Positions 8,603 through 17,635 of a stretch of 26,400 bases of DNA are shown one piece after another. The notes under the pieces were generated by a model, which saw only the letters and a program-made list of their open reading frames with translations, searched no databases and was not told the DNA's origin. The DNA is taken from positions 1-26,400 of IMG/VR virus record IMGVR_UViG_3300002307_000199. One strand, written 5' to 3'. Each line of letters opens with the position of its first letter. Position 1 is the stretch's first letter. The DNA is from a virus. Lineage: Duplodnaviria > Caudoviricetes. The translations under genes were made by a program, and so were the position numbers.

Positions 8603-9754
8603 TTAATAATTACATTTACCGCCTTTTTTATGATGCGTAGATATCTTGCTCTTGGCATGACCTCCATGCTTCATAGGGTGTAAATCAATATGGGTATGAC
8701 CGTGTTCGTGTTTGCCACCGTGAACATGATGCATTGACTTATGACCGTGGTCATCGTGTCCATGCGTTGTATGGTGTTGAACATGACCACCGTGTGCATG
8801 ATGTTTTACATGACCACCTTTTTTATACCCTGCAGGGGATTGATGGATTTCACCTGTTTTACCTGCCTTATGGTGTTTTTTGCTTCCATCTTTCATATCG
8901 TTTAGGTATTTATTTGCAACACTTTCCGATACCGTTCCACCTTTAGCGTATTTGTGCATACGACCACCATGCTTGTAACCAACGCCTTCTACGCCACCTG
9001 TTTTGGTATGCAAGGATTTGGTTTGTTTTGCTTCGTGAACCTTATCTTGCACATCAATTTTAGGCTTCATCGTGCCTTTGGTTTGGAAAGCAGAACCCTT
9101 AATGGCTAATCCACCATCTTTTAGATGTTCACCACCATGTTTTACTACAGGCATTGTTCCACCCTTGGCTAACTTTGCCATATGCTTATGGTGTTCGTGC
9201 ATCTTTTTGTGATGCGTTGAACCACCTTCTGCGTGTTTTGCAGCGTGGTGTTTTGCCATATGCAGATGATGCTTGTGCGAGCCTTCGGGATGACCACTAA
9301 CGTGATGTGCTTTACCACCATGTTTATAGCCAGGTCCTTCTAATGCACCTGTTGAAGCTTTACGGTGTGGTTTTCCTTCGCCAAGTAATCCCCCCACTTG
9401 TGGTTCATACATCGCCTTACCACCTTTTTTCAAGCCATGATGGGCTTTTTTAGCACCCATGCTTTCATGATGCTTCAATTCTTTTTCAATCTTGTGCATT
9501 TCGTGCATTTCTGCTTCATGCTCTTTCTTGCCCTCTACTTCACCACCTTTTTTACGAGTTAGTAAAGCAGGTTGCATTGCCATTGCACGACGTTGTGGCA
9601 TTGGACGCTTCATGGGCATCATCATGGGATTACCACCCATTGCCATGTGCTTCTTAGCGTGACCACCCTTTTTCATGCCTTCATGCTTTAATAAATCAGC
9701 AGTAGGTTCTGTGGTGATTTCTTTTGGTTCACGACCAAATTTTTTAGTAGCCAT
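8603..9754 (-). CDS. His/Lys/Gly-rich low-complexity protein with about 16 [K/A]xGG repeats (383 aa)
   Basis: AGGAG RBS; repeats MKKGG, MAMGG, RKKGG, LKKGG, YKHGG, HAEGG, LAKGG, YAKGG, YKKGG etc.; His clusters. Confidence 0.8.
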   Translation of the reverse strand: MATKKFGREPKEITTEPTADLLKHEGMKKGGHAKKHMAMGGNPMMMPMKRPMPQRRAMAMQPALLTRKKGGEVEGKKEHEAEMHEMHKIEKELKHHESMGAKKAHHGLKKGGKAMYEPQVGGLLGEGKPHRKASTGALEGPGYKHGGKAHHVSGHPEGSHKHHLHMAKHHAAKHAEGGSTHHKKMHEHHKHMAKLAKGGTMPVVKHGGEHLKDGGLAIKGSAFQTKGTMKPKIDVQDKVHEAKQTKSLHTKTGGVEGVGYKHGGRMHKYAKGGTVSESVANKYLNDMKDGSKKHHKAGKTGEIHQSPAGYKKGGHVKHHAHGGHVQHHTTHGHDDHGHKSMHHVHGGKHEHGHTHIDLHPMKHGGHAKSKISTHHKKGGKCNY

Positions 9755-9766
9755 TTACATTCTCCT

Positions 9767-10816
9767 TTAAGCTTGGTCAGCACCAAGTAAGCCAACTCGT
9801 GTTGAATTTGGACCAACTTGAACACCTGTTAAACCTAGACTTAAAACTAAACGCTTTAATCCATTCGGTGCTGTAGATGGGGCATATGTTCCACGAACAT
9901 CAGGGGTTGTTGCAGATGATGTGTTTTGTGCTACTAAACTTGCACCACTTGCTGTATAAGCCCCTGTTGTATTCACAAAAGTACCTGCCAAGTAGTTTGC
10001 TTGGGTTGTAGATACTTTACCTGTAGTTCCTGATACGTTTGTCCAAATGTAAGTAGTTCCTGTAGAAATACCTGTTTGTGCGCCAAACGAACCCGTGAAC
10101 TGTACTAATGTTCCACTTGGTGGGGAGTTTGTTACGGTGATTACACCAGGGGATGCTGCGGTAATTGCTGAAATAACTTGTGAACCACCGTAATACGCAC
10201 CATTTAAACCAACAACGGTTGTTCCTGTATCTTCCGCAAGAGCGTTATCCCAACCTGCATTAACAATATAACCAATATCGGTTATCTTGCATGGGAAACC
10301 AAAAATCTTAGTTGTATCTACGGAAACCGCTACGGTTGTACCACCTGAAAATGCAATACTTGAAATTTGAAAGAATGCTTTACGACCATTGGTAGTTGTT
10401 GATGCAACCGTTCCTGATTGGATAATTTCGGTCATTGCTTGTCCGTAATAATCATATCCTGAAATGGTAATGTTGGCACTTGTAGGTGAACCTGATGCGG
10501 TAGTTACCGAAACCGCACGAGGATAATCTAATTGCACTACTTGCACGCCATCGTTACGAATTAAGTTCGTAGTTCCTGCTGTGGAAGAAGTCGCTGCTAA
10601 TGAACTACCACTATAAGTAGTAGCACCTGTTGGGGTTTTAGCACTTAATACTGCACCTGTTGTATTTGTTGCAGGAACAATATCGTAAATGTATAAACGA
10701 CCCATTGGACCAAATCCTAAGTCCATTGGGGATGGGTTTCCTAAATTGCTATTGGAATTTGTACCGACATAAGATTGTGCAGTACCTAAAAATAAATCAT
10801 CACTAAATTGAGGCAT
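9767..10816 (-). CDS. Virion structural protein downstream of the major capsid gene (349 aa)
   Basis: AAGGAG RBS; T/S/G-rich; PRAVSVT..ITISGYDYYGQAMTE motif; position after the MCP. Confidence 0.65.
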   Translation of the reverse strand: MPQFSDDLFLGTAQSYVGTNSNSNLGNPSPMDLGFGPMGRLYIYDIVPATNTTGAVLSAKTPTGATTYSGSSLAATSSTAGTTNLIRNDGVQVVQLDYPRAVSVTTASGSPTSANITISGYDYYGQAMTEIIQSGTVASTTTNGRKAFFQISSIAFSGGTTVAVSVDTTKIFGFPCKITDIGYIVNAGWDNALAEDTGTTVVGLNGAYYGGSQVISAITAASPGVITVTNSPPSGTLVQFTGSFGAQTGISTGTTYIWTNVSGTTGKVSTTQANYLAGTFVNTTGAYTASGASLVAQNTSSATTPDVRGTYAPSTAPNGLKRLVLSLGLTGVQVGPNSTRVGLLGADQA

Positions 10817-10850
10817 TTGAGTTTCTCCTTGAAAAGCTTACTCTCATGTT

Positions 10851-10882
10851 AATAAAATTGGGTTGGCTTTTACACCAACCCA
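10851..10882 (-). terminator. Probable intrinsic terminator after the major capsid gene
   Basis: 8-bp stem TGGGTTGG/CCAACCCA (plus a G-U pair) followed by ATTTTATT. Confidence 0.6.
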
Positions 10883-10888
10883 CATACT

Positions 10889-11803
10889 TTAAGCACCTGG
10901 TGTTCCATACATCGCACGAGGGTCAGTCCAACCTGGGATATAACGCTCAGTTGCTTTGTAGCGCATCGAGTCGGTTTCGAAATCACCTTCCATCGTCTTT
11001 TCTAATTCACGACGCATCAACAACTTCATACCTTCAGGAGCATCGGTTTGAATCCACCAGTTTGTTGCTGAAGTCAAACGGCTAATTACGGATGCACCTT
11101 CAGGCAACAATCCAATTGATTTAATTGGGTTGATGTCGTTATTAGCAGTACCTGCTCTTAGAACGGATTTCAACAACACTTCAGCTTGGAATACGTTACC
11201 TGGGGCAACAACAAGCTTTAATGGTTGTAAACGGATTTTTTTACCGTTGTTATCTACAGCGTTACGCACTTGAATCAACATCTGTTCTAAAGATGTTTGG
11301 CTTAGAGCTGCGGCTGTGGATAATTGGTTGCTAAATGAACCTGAAGCAATTGGGTGTGCTGTGTTGATTAACGATACACCATCACCACCTGTATAAGATG
11401 AGTTAAATGCACGGTTCAAAATGTTAGCACATAACAATTCTTTGGTTTCTACTAAAGATTGTGCTAAGTGCTTTGCATATACGCTACCTAAACGAATATG
11501 GTCACCATCTTCAACTAACACTCTAGTTAAAGCAAATGCCAAACCGAATACTTGGTAAACATAACGCTGTAAGAACAATACGCCACCTTGTTGATAGGTT
11601 ACAGGTGAACCATCAGGTAACTGAGGGGCTGCACCGAAACCATACAATACAGGTTCTTCGTGGTAGAAGCGTGGAATACCTGCTTGTTCACGGAATACTG
11701 TTGACCATTCATCACTACGTTGGTCATATACTCCATCGAAAGACTCGTTCAATATAGGTTCTACGATTGAACGGAAGTCCGTACTTCTCATTGGGGCTGC
11801 CAT
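10889..11803 (-). CDS. Major capsid protein (HK97 fold, Mu gpT-like family)
   Basis: 304 aa; AGGAG RBS; motifs GFGAAP..G, GDGVSLINTAHP, LSQTSLEQ, PLKLVVAP, DFETDSMRYKATERY..GWTDPR; synteny after scaffold and decoration genes. Confidence 0.85.
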   Translation of the reverse strand: MAAPMRSTDFRSIVEPILNESFDGVYDQRSDEWSTVFREQAGIPRFYHEEPVLYGFGAAPQLPDGSPVTYQQGGVLFLQRYVYQVFGLAFALTRVLVEDGDHIRLGSVYAKHLAQSLVETKELLCANILNRAFNSSYTGGDGVSLINTAHPIASGSFSNQLSTAAALSQTSLEQMLIQVRNAVDNNGKKIRLQPLKLVVAPGNVFQAEVLLKSVLRAGTANNDINPIKSIGLLPEGASVISRLTSATNWWIQTDAPEGMKLLMRRELEKTMEGDFETDSMRYKATERYIPGWTDPRAMYGTPGA

Positions 11804-11819
11804 AATTTATTCTCCTATA

Positions 11820-12455
11820 TTAAACGACTGCTGAATATTGACCGTAGAAGTTGGTGTTAGTGAGTTGTACACGAACTACTGTGTATGCATCACCCCACGC
11901 ATTATCTACGCCTTGACCCAAATCTACCACACGCATTTGAGCTTGTTGACCGTTAGTAACGGCTGTAGAAGCTCCTAATGTTGCTTGTGATAACCCTGTT
12001 GTAGCACTTCCTGATGTAATGTTAGTAAACCAATATTCACCACCAATACTTGTTTGTGCCATCGAACCATCTGCTTGGATTTCATACACGATGTTTAAAT
12101 CGTTGTAGAAGTAAGCGTTGGTTACTGTATTTGACAATACTGTAGTGCCTGACGGCCAGTAGTTGGATACACGACGACGACCTGCGGAATCTGTCCATTC
12201 AACACCTTGGAATGAACCTGATACAGCATATTGTTGGCTTGTTGAGTTACCTGTTGAGGTTTGAGCAGCGATGATTGTACCGTTAGCAGAACCTGTAGAA
12301 CCTACGTTAGCAGCACTAACATAAGCTACAGGTTGACCTTTGTAAATATTCGCAGCGTAACCCGATGTGATACCGTTCTGTAAACATTGCGCTCTTTCCA
12401 AACCTGTTGGGAAGAATGCAGGACGCAAACCAAACGGAGCGGATACTGATGACAT
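11820..12455 (-). CDS. Capsid decoration/minor capsid protein (211 aa)
   Basis: AAGGAG RBS; APFGLRP..NIYKGQPV..GSFQGVEW..YEIQADG..TGLS motifs; directly upstream of the MCP. Confidence 0.6.
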   Translation of the reverse strand: MSSVSAPFGLRPAFFPTGLERAQCLQNGITSGYAANIYKGQPVAYVSAANVGSTGSANGTIIAAQTSTGNSTSQQYAVSGSFQGVEWTDSAGRRRVSNYWPSGTTVLSNTVTNAYFYNDLNIVYEIQADGSMAQTSIGGEYWFTNITSGSATTGLSQATLGASTAVTNGQQAQMRVVDLGQGVDNAWGDAYTVVRVQLTNTNFYGQYSAVV

Positions 12456-12570
12456 ATATTACTCCTTAAAAAAATAGTGTTAAAAAATTTTGTTTTTCGC
12501 TTTCTTCAAAGCTATGTAGCAAAATCGCAATTAACGCAATTTTTAAAATCGGTAATACAAAACCTGCTTT

Positions 12571-13101
12571 TTATCTAAAAACAGGCACTTCTCGTGATAA
12601 GTCAAATTTCATACCATCACCTTCTATTTCACCCAACGCCCTTCCATTGGAATCTCTTGCGTTTAACAATTGGTCTTGTTGAACTTTAATTTTCTCTTGT
12701 TCATCCATTGGAGCGTAATGGTGTACTTCAGCCATATAGTCTTGATAGATGTCCATCGGAAGTTTATAAAGAACCATCTCGTTACACGCAACAAAACCTT
12801 CCATTTCGCCTGCTTTTACACGGTAATTTTCAAAGCCTGGCACTTCATCGGCTTTCACAGGTGTGTAACCTATACGCATACGTTTATGGATAGGGTCATA
12901 TTGGTGGGTTGTTGATAACCAACAAGTATGAAACCCTGGGATATCAGGTGCATTTGGTAATGCTTCTTGAGCAAATTCATCACGGAACATACGACGACGT
13001 TCTTGTGATGCAAATTGTTTTTCAGGGGCTTGGCGACTAGAATCCATCGATGCACGGCTTTCACGTCCAACACCATTTGATTTTTTAAGTCTTTGTTCCA
13101 T
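12571..13101 (-). CDS. Hypothetical head-module protein (176 aa)
   Basis: GGGGA RBS; LPNAPDIPGFHTCWL..GYTPV..EMVLYKLP; lies between scaffold and capsid genes. Confidence 0.7.
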   Translation of the reverse strand: MEQRLKKSNGVGRESRASMDSSRQAPEKQFASQERRRMFRDEFAQEALPNAPDIPGFHTCWLSTTHQYDPIHKRMRIGYTPVKADEVPGFENYRVKAGEMEGFVACNEMVLYKLPMDIYQDYMAEVHHYAPMDEQEKIKVQQDQLLNARDSNGRALGEIEGDGMKFDLSREVPVFR

Positions 13102-13103
13102 GT

Positions 13104-14060
13104 TTATCCCCTAACCTTGTTCTGTTTGTCATAATTTCGGTAAATATTAATCATCTTCATGCGCTCCTCTTTATTATCCCACTTGCCTGCTTCTTTAATA
13201 GCAGCAACCCTTTCAGGGGATACATAAAACTCGTTTGCTTTAGCATTACCAATTGATTCTCTTCCTGAACTTGTAACAACAGACCTTGGTCTTGATTTAC
13301 GGTTAGGTTCATTATAATCACGATTTCGAATATTTGGTATATATTTTTGTACCCTTTCGGATAATTCATCCCAATATTCTTCGGTAGAAGGGTCATATCC
13401 TTCAGCCGTTAGTTTTTTATCAATAATTTGGGTAATTTGTGATTCTTCATCCCTACCATGTGGGTCGTACCAAGGATTTTCTTCCAACCAATCCGATACC
13501 ATCTTCTGTACCAATGGGTCGGGTGGCACAATATTTTGCTTAGTTTGCGACATTTGTTGGGTTGCTTGGCGTTTAATGTTATCTAAAGATTCCGCTTTAC
13601 GCTTGGCTTCAAACCACATTTCTTGTGCTTGGGTTAGTGCTTGCCCATCCCCTGCATTGACCGCTTCTTGCATCTTCATCTTAGCGTATTCAACCTGTAC
13701 GCCTGCATCTTCGATGGCTTTATCAACCCTTGCTAATTCTGCACCACTTGTTTTTTGTTCTACCTTCGCTAAGCGTTCTGCAAGCAATTCATTTTGTTTG
13801 CGTAGGGCGGTAATCAAATGATTGGATTCCCTAGCCTTCTCACGATGGATTTGCTTCTTTAAACGCCTTTCTTCACGCCTTGCTTGACGAATCGCTTCAC
13901 GGTCTTCATCTTGTTTGGGTGTATCTTCTATATCATCATCGGCACGAAATTCACTAGGTTCTTCAACTTGTGGATTTTCTTCACCTTCAGGTAATGTAAC
14001 AATCGCACTTCCATCGGCTTCTTCTGCCATTTGTAAATCAAGTTTTTCTGTTGATGTCAT
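13104..14060 (-). CDS. Putative capsid scaffolding protein (318 aa)
   Basis: Acidic N-terminus, long coiled coil, WLEENPWY motif, short C-terminal helix; AAGGA RBS; position. Confidence 0.65.
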   Translation of the reverse strand: MTSTEKLDLQMAEEADGSAIVTLPEGEENPQVEEPSEFRADDDIEDTPKQDEDREAIRQARREERRLKKQIHREKARESNHLITALRKQNELLAERLAKVEQKTSGAELARVDKAIEDAGVQVEYAKMKMQEAVNAGDGQALTQAQEMWFEAKRKAESLDNIKRQATQQMSQTKQNIVPPDPLVQKMVSDWLEENPWYDPHGRDEESQITQIIDKKLTAEGYDPSTEEYWDELSERVQKYIPNIRNRDYNEPNRKSRPRSVVTSSGRESIGNAKANEFYVSPERVAAIKEAGKWDNKEERMKMINIYRNYDKQNKVRG

Positions 14061-14079
14061 ACAATTTTCCTTTCAAAAT

Positions 14080-14508
14080 TTAGACAAACGCTTTGATTGC
14101 ACGAGGGTCGCCTGTAACCTTGCCAATAATTTCATGGTCATTAAAGAATGTAAATAAAGCTTTACCTTGTGCGCCATTTTTATCGGTAAACTCTACTTCC
14201 CATCTATCACCACCCCATTTTGGCACACGCACATAATCCCCTACTTGACACCATACGCCCTCTGCCCAAGGCAAAAGTGTATCTCTGTTTTTGTAGGCAA
14301 TTGGACCGATGGCTAATACTTTGCCAATCATCGTGTTCCATTTTTCAGTTTCTTTTACTTCTTCAGGGATATAAATCCCACTTTCTGTTACCTTTTCTTT
14401 GACTGCTCTTAATTGAATAAGAACTCTAGCACCATACGGTGTCATTAAAGGGTCAACCAATGGAAATGCTTCTTCCAAAGATTGTTCTAAATCATAATTA
14501 ACTGTCAT
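14080..14508 (-). CDS. groES: GroES/Cpn10-like co-chaperonin
   Basis: PYGARVLI..KEKVTESGIYIP (mobile loop)..GKVLAIGP..VGDYV..PKWGG..NDHEIIGKV follows the GroES signature. Confidence 0.85.
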   Translation of the reverse strand: MTVNYDLEQSLEEAFPLVDPLMTPYGARVLIQLRAVKEKVTESGIYIPEEVKETEKWNTMIGKVLAIGPIAYKNRDTLLPWAEGVWCQVGDYVRVPKWGGDRWEVEFTDKNGAQGKALFTFFNDHEIIGKVTGDPRAIKAFV

Positions 14509-14686
14509 TTCTATCCTTTTCTTCTAAAAGATTATTTAAAATATCCAAAGCTTCTTGCAAGCCTTGGTGTTGCCCTACATATCGTTGGTAACTTTCAAAG
14601 TTAACAAACCTTCCGTTTACCATTGAATCAACAATTTCTTGTTGTTTTAGTTTTACTGCATGGATTAAGCCATTGACTACATCCAT
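14498..14686 (-). CDS. Small helical hypothetical protein (62 aa)
   Basis: TAATG-coupled; FESYQRYVGQHQGL motif; lies between portal and GroES. Confidence 0.7.
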   Translation of the reverse strand: MDVVNGLIHAVKLKQQEIVDSMVNGRFVNFESYQRYVGQHQGLQEALDILNNLLEEKDRNDS

Positions 14687-15030
14687 TAACGACCCCTAGC
14701 ACTTGGTTTCTTTCCTACAGCGATAGCAATCATTAACCCTGGCTTTTTAGCACTACCACCTTTTTTAAGGGTTGCAACGCTATGTGGAACGGCTTTGGTA
14801 ATCTTTGGTGTTACACCCTTTGCAGGCAAGTTACGAATCTTGCTTTCAGGGTATGCACTTATCTTATTTACTTTATTTTGATGGCTAATTTCATTTGGCT
14901 CACCCGATGCACTACCACTTACCGAGCCACCTTTGGCATATTTCTTGACCTTACCGCCTTTTTTTAGGTGGTTGGCTTCGGATTCGCCACCCATAGCGAT
15001 ACGCTTATGCATATTAATTAATTCAGACAT
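14686..15030 (-). CDS. Small basic protein with KKGG/AxGG motifs (114 aa)
   Basis: GGAGAAGG RBS; overlaps the portal stop; IAMGG, LKKGGKVKKYAKGG, LKKGG. Confidence 0.7.
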   Translation of the reverse strand: MSELINMHKRIAMGGESEANHLKKGGKVKKYAKGGSVSGSASGEPNEISHQNKVNKISAYPESKIRNLPAKGVTPKITKAVPHSVATLKKGGSAKKPGLMIAIAVGKKPSARGR

Positions 15031-17635
15031 TTCCTTCTCCTAGTTGGGGTTGTGCTTCTTGTTGTGCTTGCACTCCTTGTTGTTGGATTGCTTGCGATTG
15101 GGCTTGTGCTTCTTGTTGTTGCATTTCTTGCAAATGTTGTAAGTTCTGTTGTTGAATCTGTGCTTGTTGTGCTTGTTGGGTTTGATTTGCTTCAAACTGC
15201 TTTTCTAAGGTCATGACATTAGCGTTATGCGTTAACTTGGCATTTTCAATTTGTTGTTTAGCAATAATATCTTGTTCTTTGTTTTTCGAATCCACCTGTA
15301 GTTTTTGACCCTCAAGTTCCAATTTGCTCTTATCATACGCAGCCTTACGGTTGGTTTCAGCCATTTGGGTATCTTTAAGGGCTTGAACCTGTGCCATGAT
15401 GTTAGGGTCGGTAGGTTGTTGATTGTTTTGCTTCATCTTCTGCAAGGTTTGCAACATTTGTTGGATAGCAGGCATTACTTGTTGTGCTAAAACACGCTGT
15501 GCATCTTGACCAACGTGTTGTCCTACCACTTGAAGCATTTCTTGGGCTTGGTATGGAATTTCACTTACCTTAAATGCATTAAATGGCTTACCCAAAGATA
15601 GGGATGCAATCGTATCGGTTTGATTTAAATACCAAAGCACCAAATGTTGTTTGATATGTTCAAGTGCTGAAGGCATATAAGTAGGTGCAACGATTGGATT
15701 TGAACCAAAAATAGGGCTTTGTGCATATTGAATGTGGTCAAGAATATGTGCTAAATGATTTTGTTGGATAAATGCCCCTACAGGCTTACCTAAAGTCATC
15801 GAAACATTCTCTAATGCCGAGTTCATTTCTTTAATTTCTTGAGGGTCGGGCAATACTTCATTCACATCGGGCAATTTAATTTGCTTTAAGATGCGTTTTT
15901 CCACCGCTAAACGGTTATAAAGGTCAGGATTGGCTTGCGCTCGTTGTGCTAATGCTTGAATTTGTGCGTATCTTTGTGATTCGGCAAAAATATGGGGGTC
16001 GGATACAGGAATAACATCGGAATTTGTTTCAAAATCTTCTTTTGTAACCTTTAAATCGGCAATAATTTCATTTTTACGTTGTTCATCCAAATACCAACGG
16101 TTTAAACGCCCCAAAATTTTCAACACACGACGTTGTGAATCATGTAAACGTGCATGAATCGATGAAAACACCGCAGCGCCTTGTTCAATTAAGGCTTGTG
16201 TTGTGCCTACAGGGGCTTGAGAATTCACGTCAGCAATCTTTTCTTCGGCTGTGGTAACTACCCCCTTAGCTGCTGAATCTAACCACCCTAGAAGTGCAAA
16301 TAACACTTGATTTGGGGGGTTAAATGGCACAGGCATTGCTATTTTTCTAATGTCGTCGACTCCTGGTGCGCCCTCGATTTCAGTAACTTGTGTAACATCG
16401 ATGTTGGTGGATTGACCTGAGATTTTTCCACCTTTAAGTTTAAGCATGGTGGGGGCATTGTTAATGTGCGCAGAGTCCAATAAAGCACGCAATGCGCCAG
16501 TAAGAGCAGCAGAAAGACCACCAATGAGATGAGGCAACCCAATAGCATAAGCCCCACGCCATGGTATGAACTTAAATTCAACAATCCAATCAAGCTTTGT
16601 AAAGGATTCATCACCATTCTCCCAATTGCGATAGAGTCCAATGACATCATTTTCATTCTCATCTATCATTAAAATATAAGGCGCACGTTCACCCTTCGTA
16701 AACTTGTCCTCTTCCAATTCAAGCCATGTGTAAATATGGTAAACCCTACGAATGCCATCAATGTTTTCGTTTTGACTGCCTTTGCCCTCAACCTTGTTGT
16801 TTGCTTTTTGTGCCTTAGATTCATTCGGTTCTTGTGAAACACGATAAACATCAAGGTCACGGTACAAGCCTTGTGATACCCTTAAATCATATTCTTCTTG
16901 CGTTATATCTTGAACTTCGGTTACACGCATAGCGGTGTAAAAATTTACAGCTGCGAATGGTAAGTAAATATTATCAATCGGTACGAATTCTGCACATGGG
17001 CGACGCTTTTGGTCGTCATACCACATCTTTAGGTATTGCGAGCCACCCAATGGTAGTTGGGTCAACATTTGTTCTTGTTCATCACGATATTCTTCGATTT
17101 GTTCCGTTAATTGCCAATTCATGTAATCACGTTTACGCTCGGCTCGTGTTGATTTTTCTTCGGTTACTTCTCCAACAATCTTTGTTCTAACAGGTCCATC
17201 AGGTGGAAATAGTTCTTTGATGGCTCTAGCTGCGAAGTCGACACAAGATTCTGCCATGACAGGGTGAACAACCTTTGAAGCTCCCATAAACTGCGCTCCG
17301 CCAGGTGCATCATCACCAAGTCCTGTTCTACGGATTCCTTCTTCGTATTTCTTGTCCCTATCTTCCCTTGCATCCTTATCCTTTTCAATGAGTTCTATAT
17401 ACTTTAGTGCAATACCACCTAAATCAAATTCATCAATGGTTTCCGCTACGTTTTCATAGAAATCAGGTGTTTCATCAGGGGTTTTAAAATCTTCGGTGCG
17501 AACAATAGCCGAACCATCTTCTTGTTCTTCTACTTCATCTAGTTCATCTTTAAACTCGTAGATGGATTCATCTTCGGTTGGTGCTACGCCATCAATAAAC
17601 CGATTAAAATCTTGTGGTATGGGCATTTCAGGCAT
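15023..17635 (-). CDS. Portal protein with a Gln-rich C-terminal coiled coil
   Basis: 870 aa; HPVMAESCVDFAARAIKELFPPDGPV, AERKRDYMNWQL, LPLGGSQYLKMWYD, APVGTTQALIEQG motifs; position after TerL. Confidence 0.85.
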   Translation of the reverse strand: MPEMPIPQDFNRFIDGVAPTEDESIYEFKDELDEVEEQEDGSAIVRTEDFKTPDETPDFYENVAETIDEFDLGGIALKYIELIEKDKDAREDRDKKYEEGIRRTGLGDDAPGGAQFMGASKVVHPVMAESCVDFAARAIKELFPPDGPVRTKIVGEVTEEKSTRAERKRDYMNWQLTEQIEEYRDEQEQMLTQLPLGGSQYLKMWYDDQKRRPCAEFVPIDNIYLPFAAVNFYTAMRVTEVQDITQEEYDLRVSQGLYRDLDVYRVSQEPNESKAQKANNKVEGKGSQNENIDGIRRVYHIYTWLELEEDKFTKGERAPYILMIDENENDVIGLYRNWENGDESFTKLDWIVEFKFIPWRGAYAIGLPHLIGGLSAALTGALRALLDSAHINNAPTMLKLKGGKISGQSTNIDVTQVTEIEGAPGVDDIRKIAMPVPFNPPNQVLFALLGWLDSAAKGVVTTAEEKIADVNSQAPVGTTQALIEQGAAVFSSIHARLHDSQRRVLKILGRLNRWYLDEQRKNEIIADLKVTKEDFETNSDVIPVSDPHIFAESQRYAQIQALAQRAQANPDLYNRLAVEKRILKQIKLPDVNEVLPDPQEIKEMNSALENVSMTLGKPVGAFIQQNHLAHILDHIQYAQSPIFGSNPIVAPTYMPSALEHIKQHLVLWYLNQTDTIASLSLGKPFNAFKVSEIPYQAQEMLQVVGQHVGQDAQRVLAQQVMPAIQQMLQTLQKMKQNNQQPTDPNIMAQVQALKDTQMAETNRKAAYDKSKLELEGQKLQVDSKNKEQDIIAKQQIENAKLTHNANVMTLEKQFEANQTQQAQQAQIQQQNLQHLQEMQQQEAQAQSQAIQQQGVQAQQEAQPQLGEGNV

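Noticed and set aside
8603-9754. Repetitive DNA as a CRISPR array or tandem repeat
   Set aside because: The repeats are degenerate at third codon positions and irregularly spaced, so they are protein-level.
8603-15030. Resemblance of KKGG to the ribosomal protein L27 N-terminus (AHKKxGG)
   Set aside because: Only a 4-5 residue low-complexity similarity; the bipartite and AxGG variants do not fit.
15030-15200. TTG/TGC-rich low-complexity stretch
   Set aside because: It encodes the Gln-rich portal tail, a common coiled-coil extension.
14205-16445. GG motifs in GroES (PKWGG) and portal (KLKGG) as members of the GG system
   Set aside because: The GroES one corresponds to the family's usual KYGG/KYAG-type motif, and the portal one lies inside the folded core. 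Neither is bipartite or in a linker.
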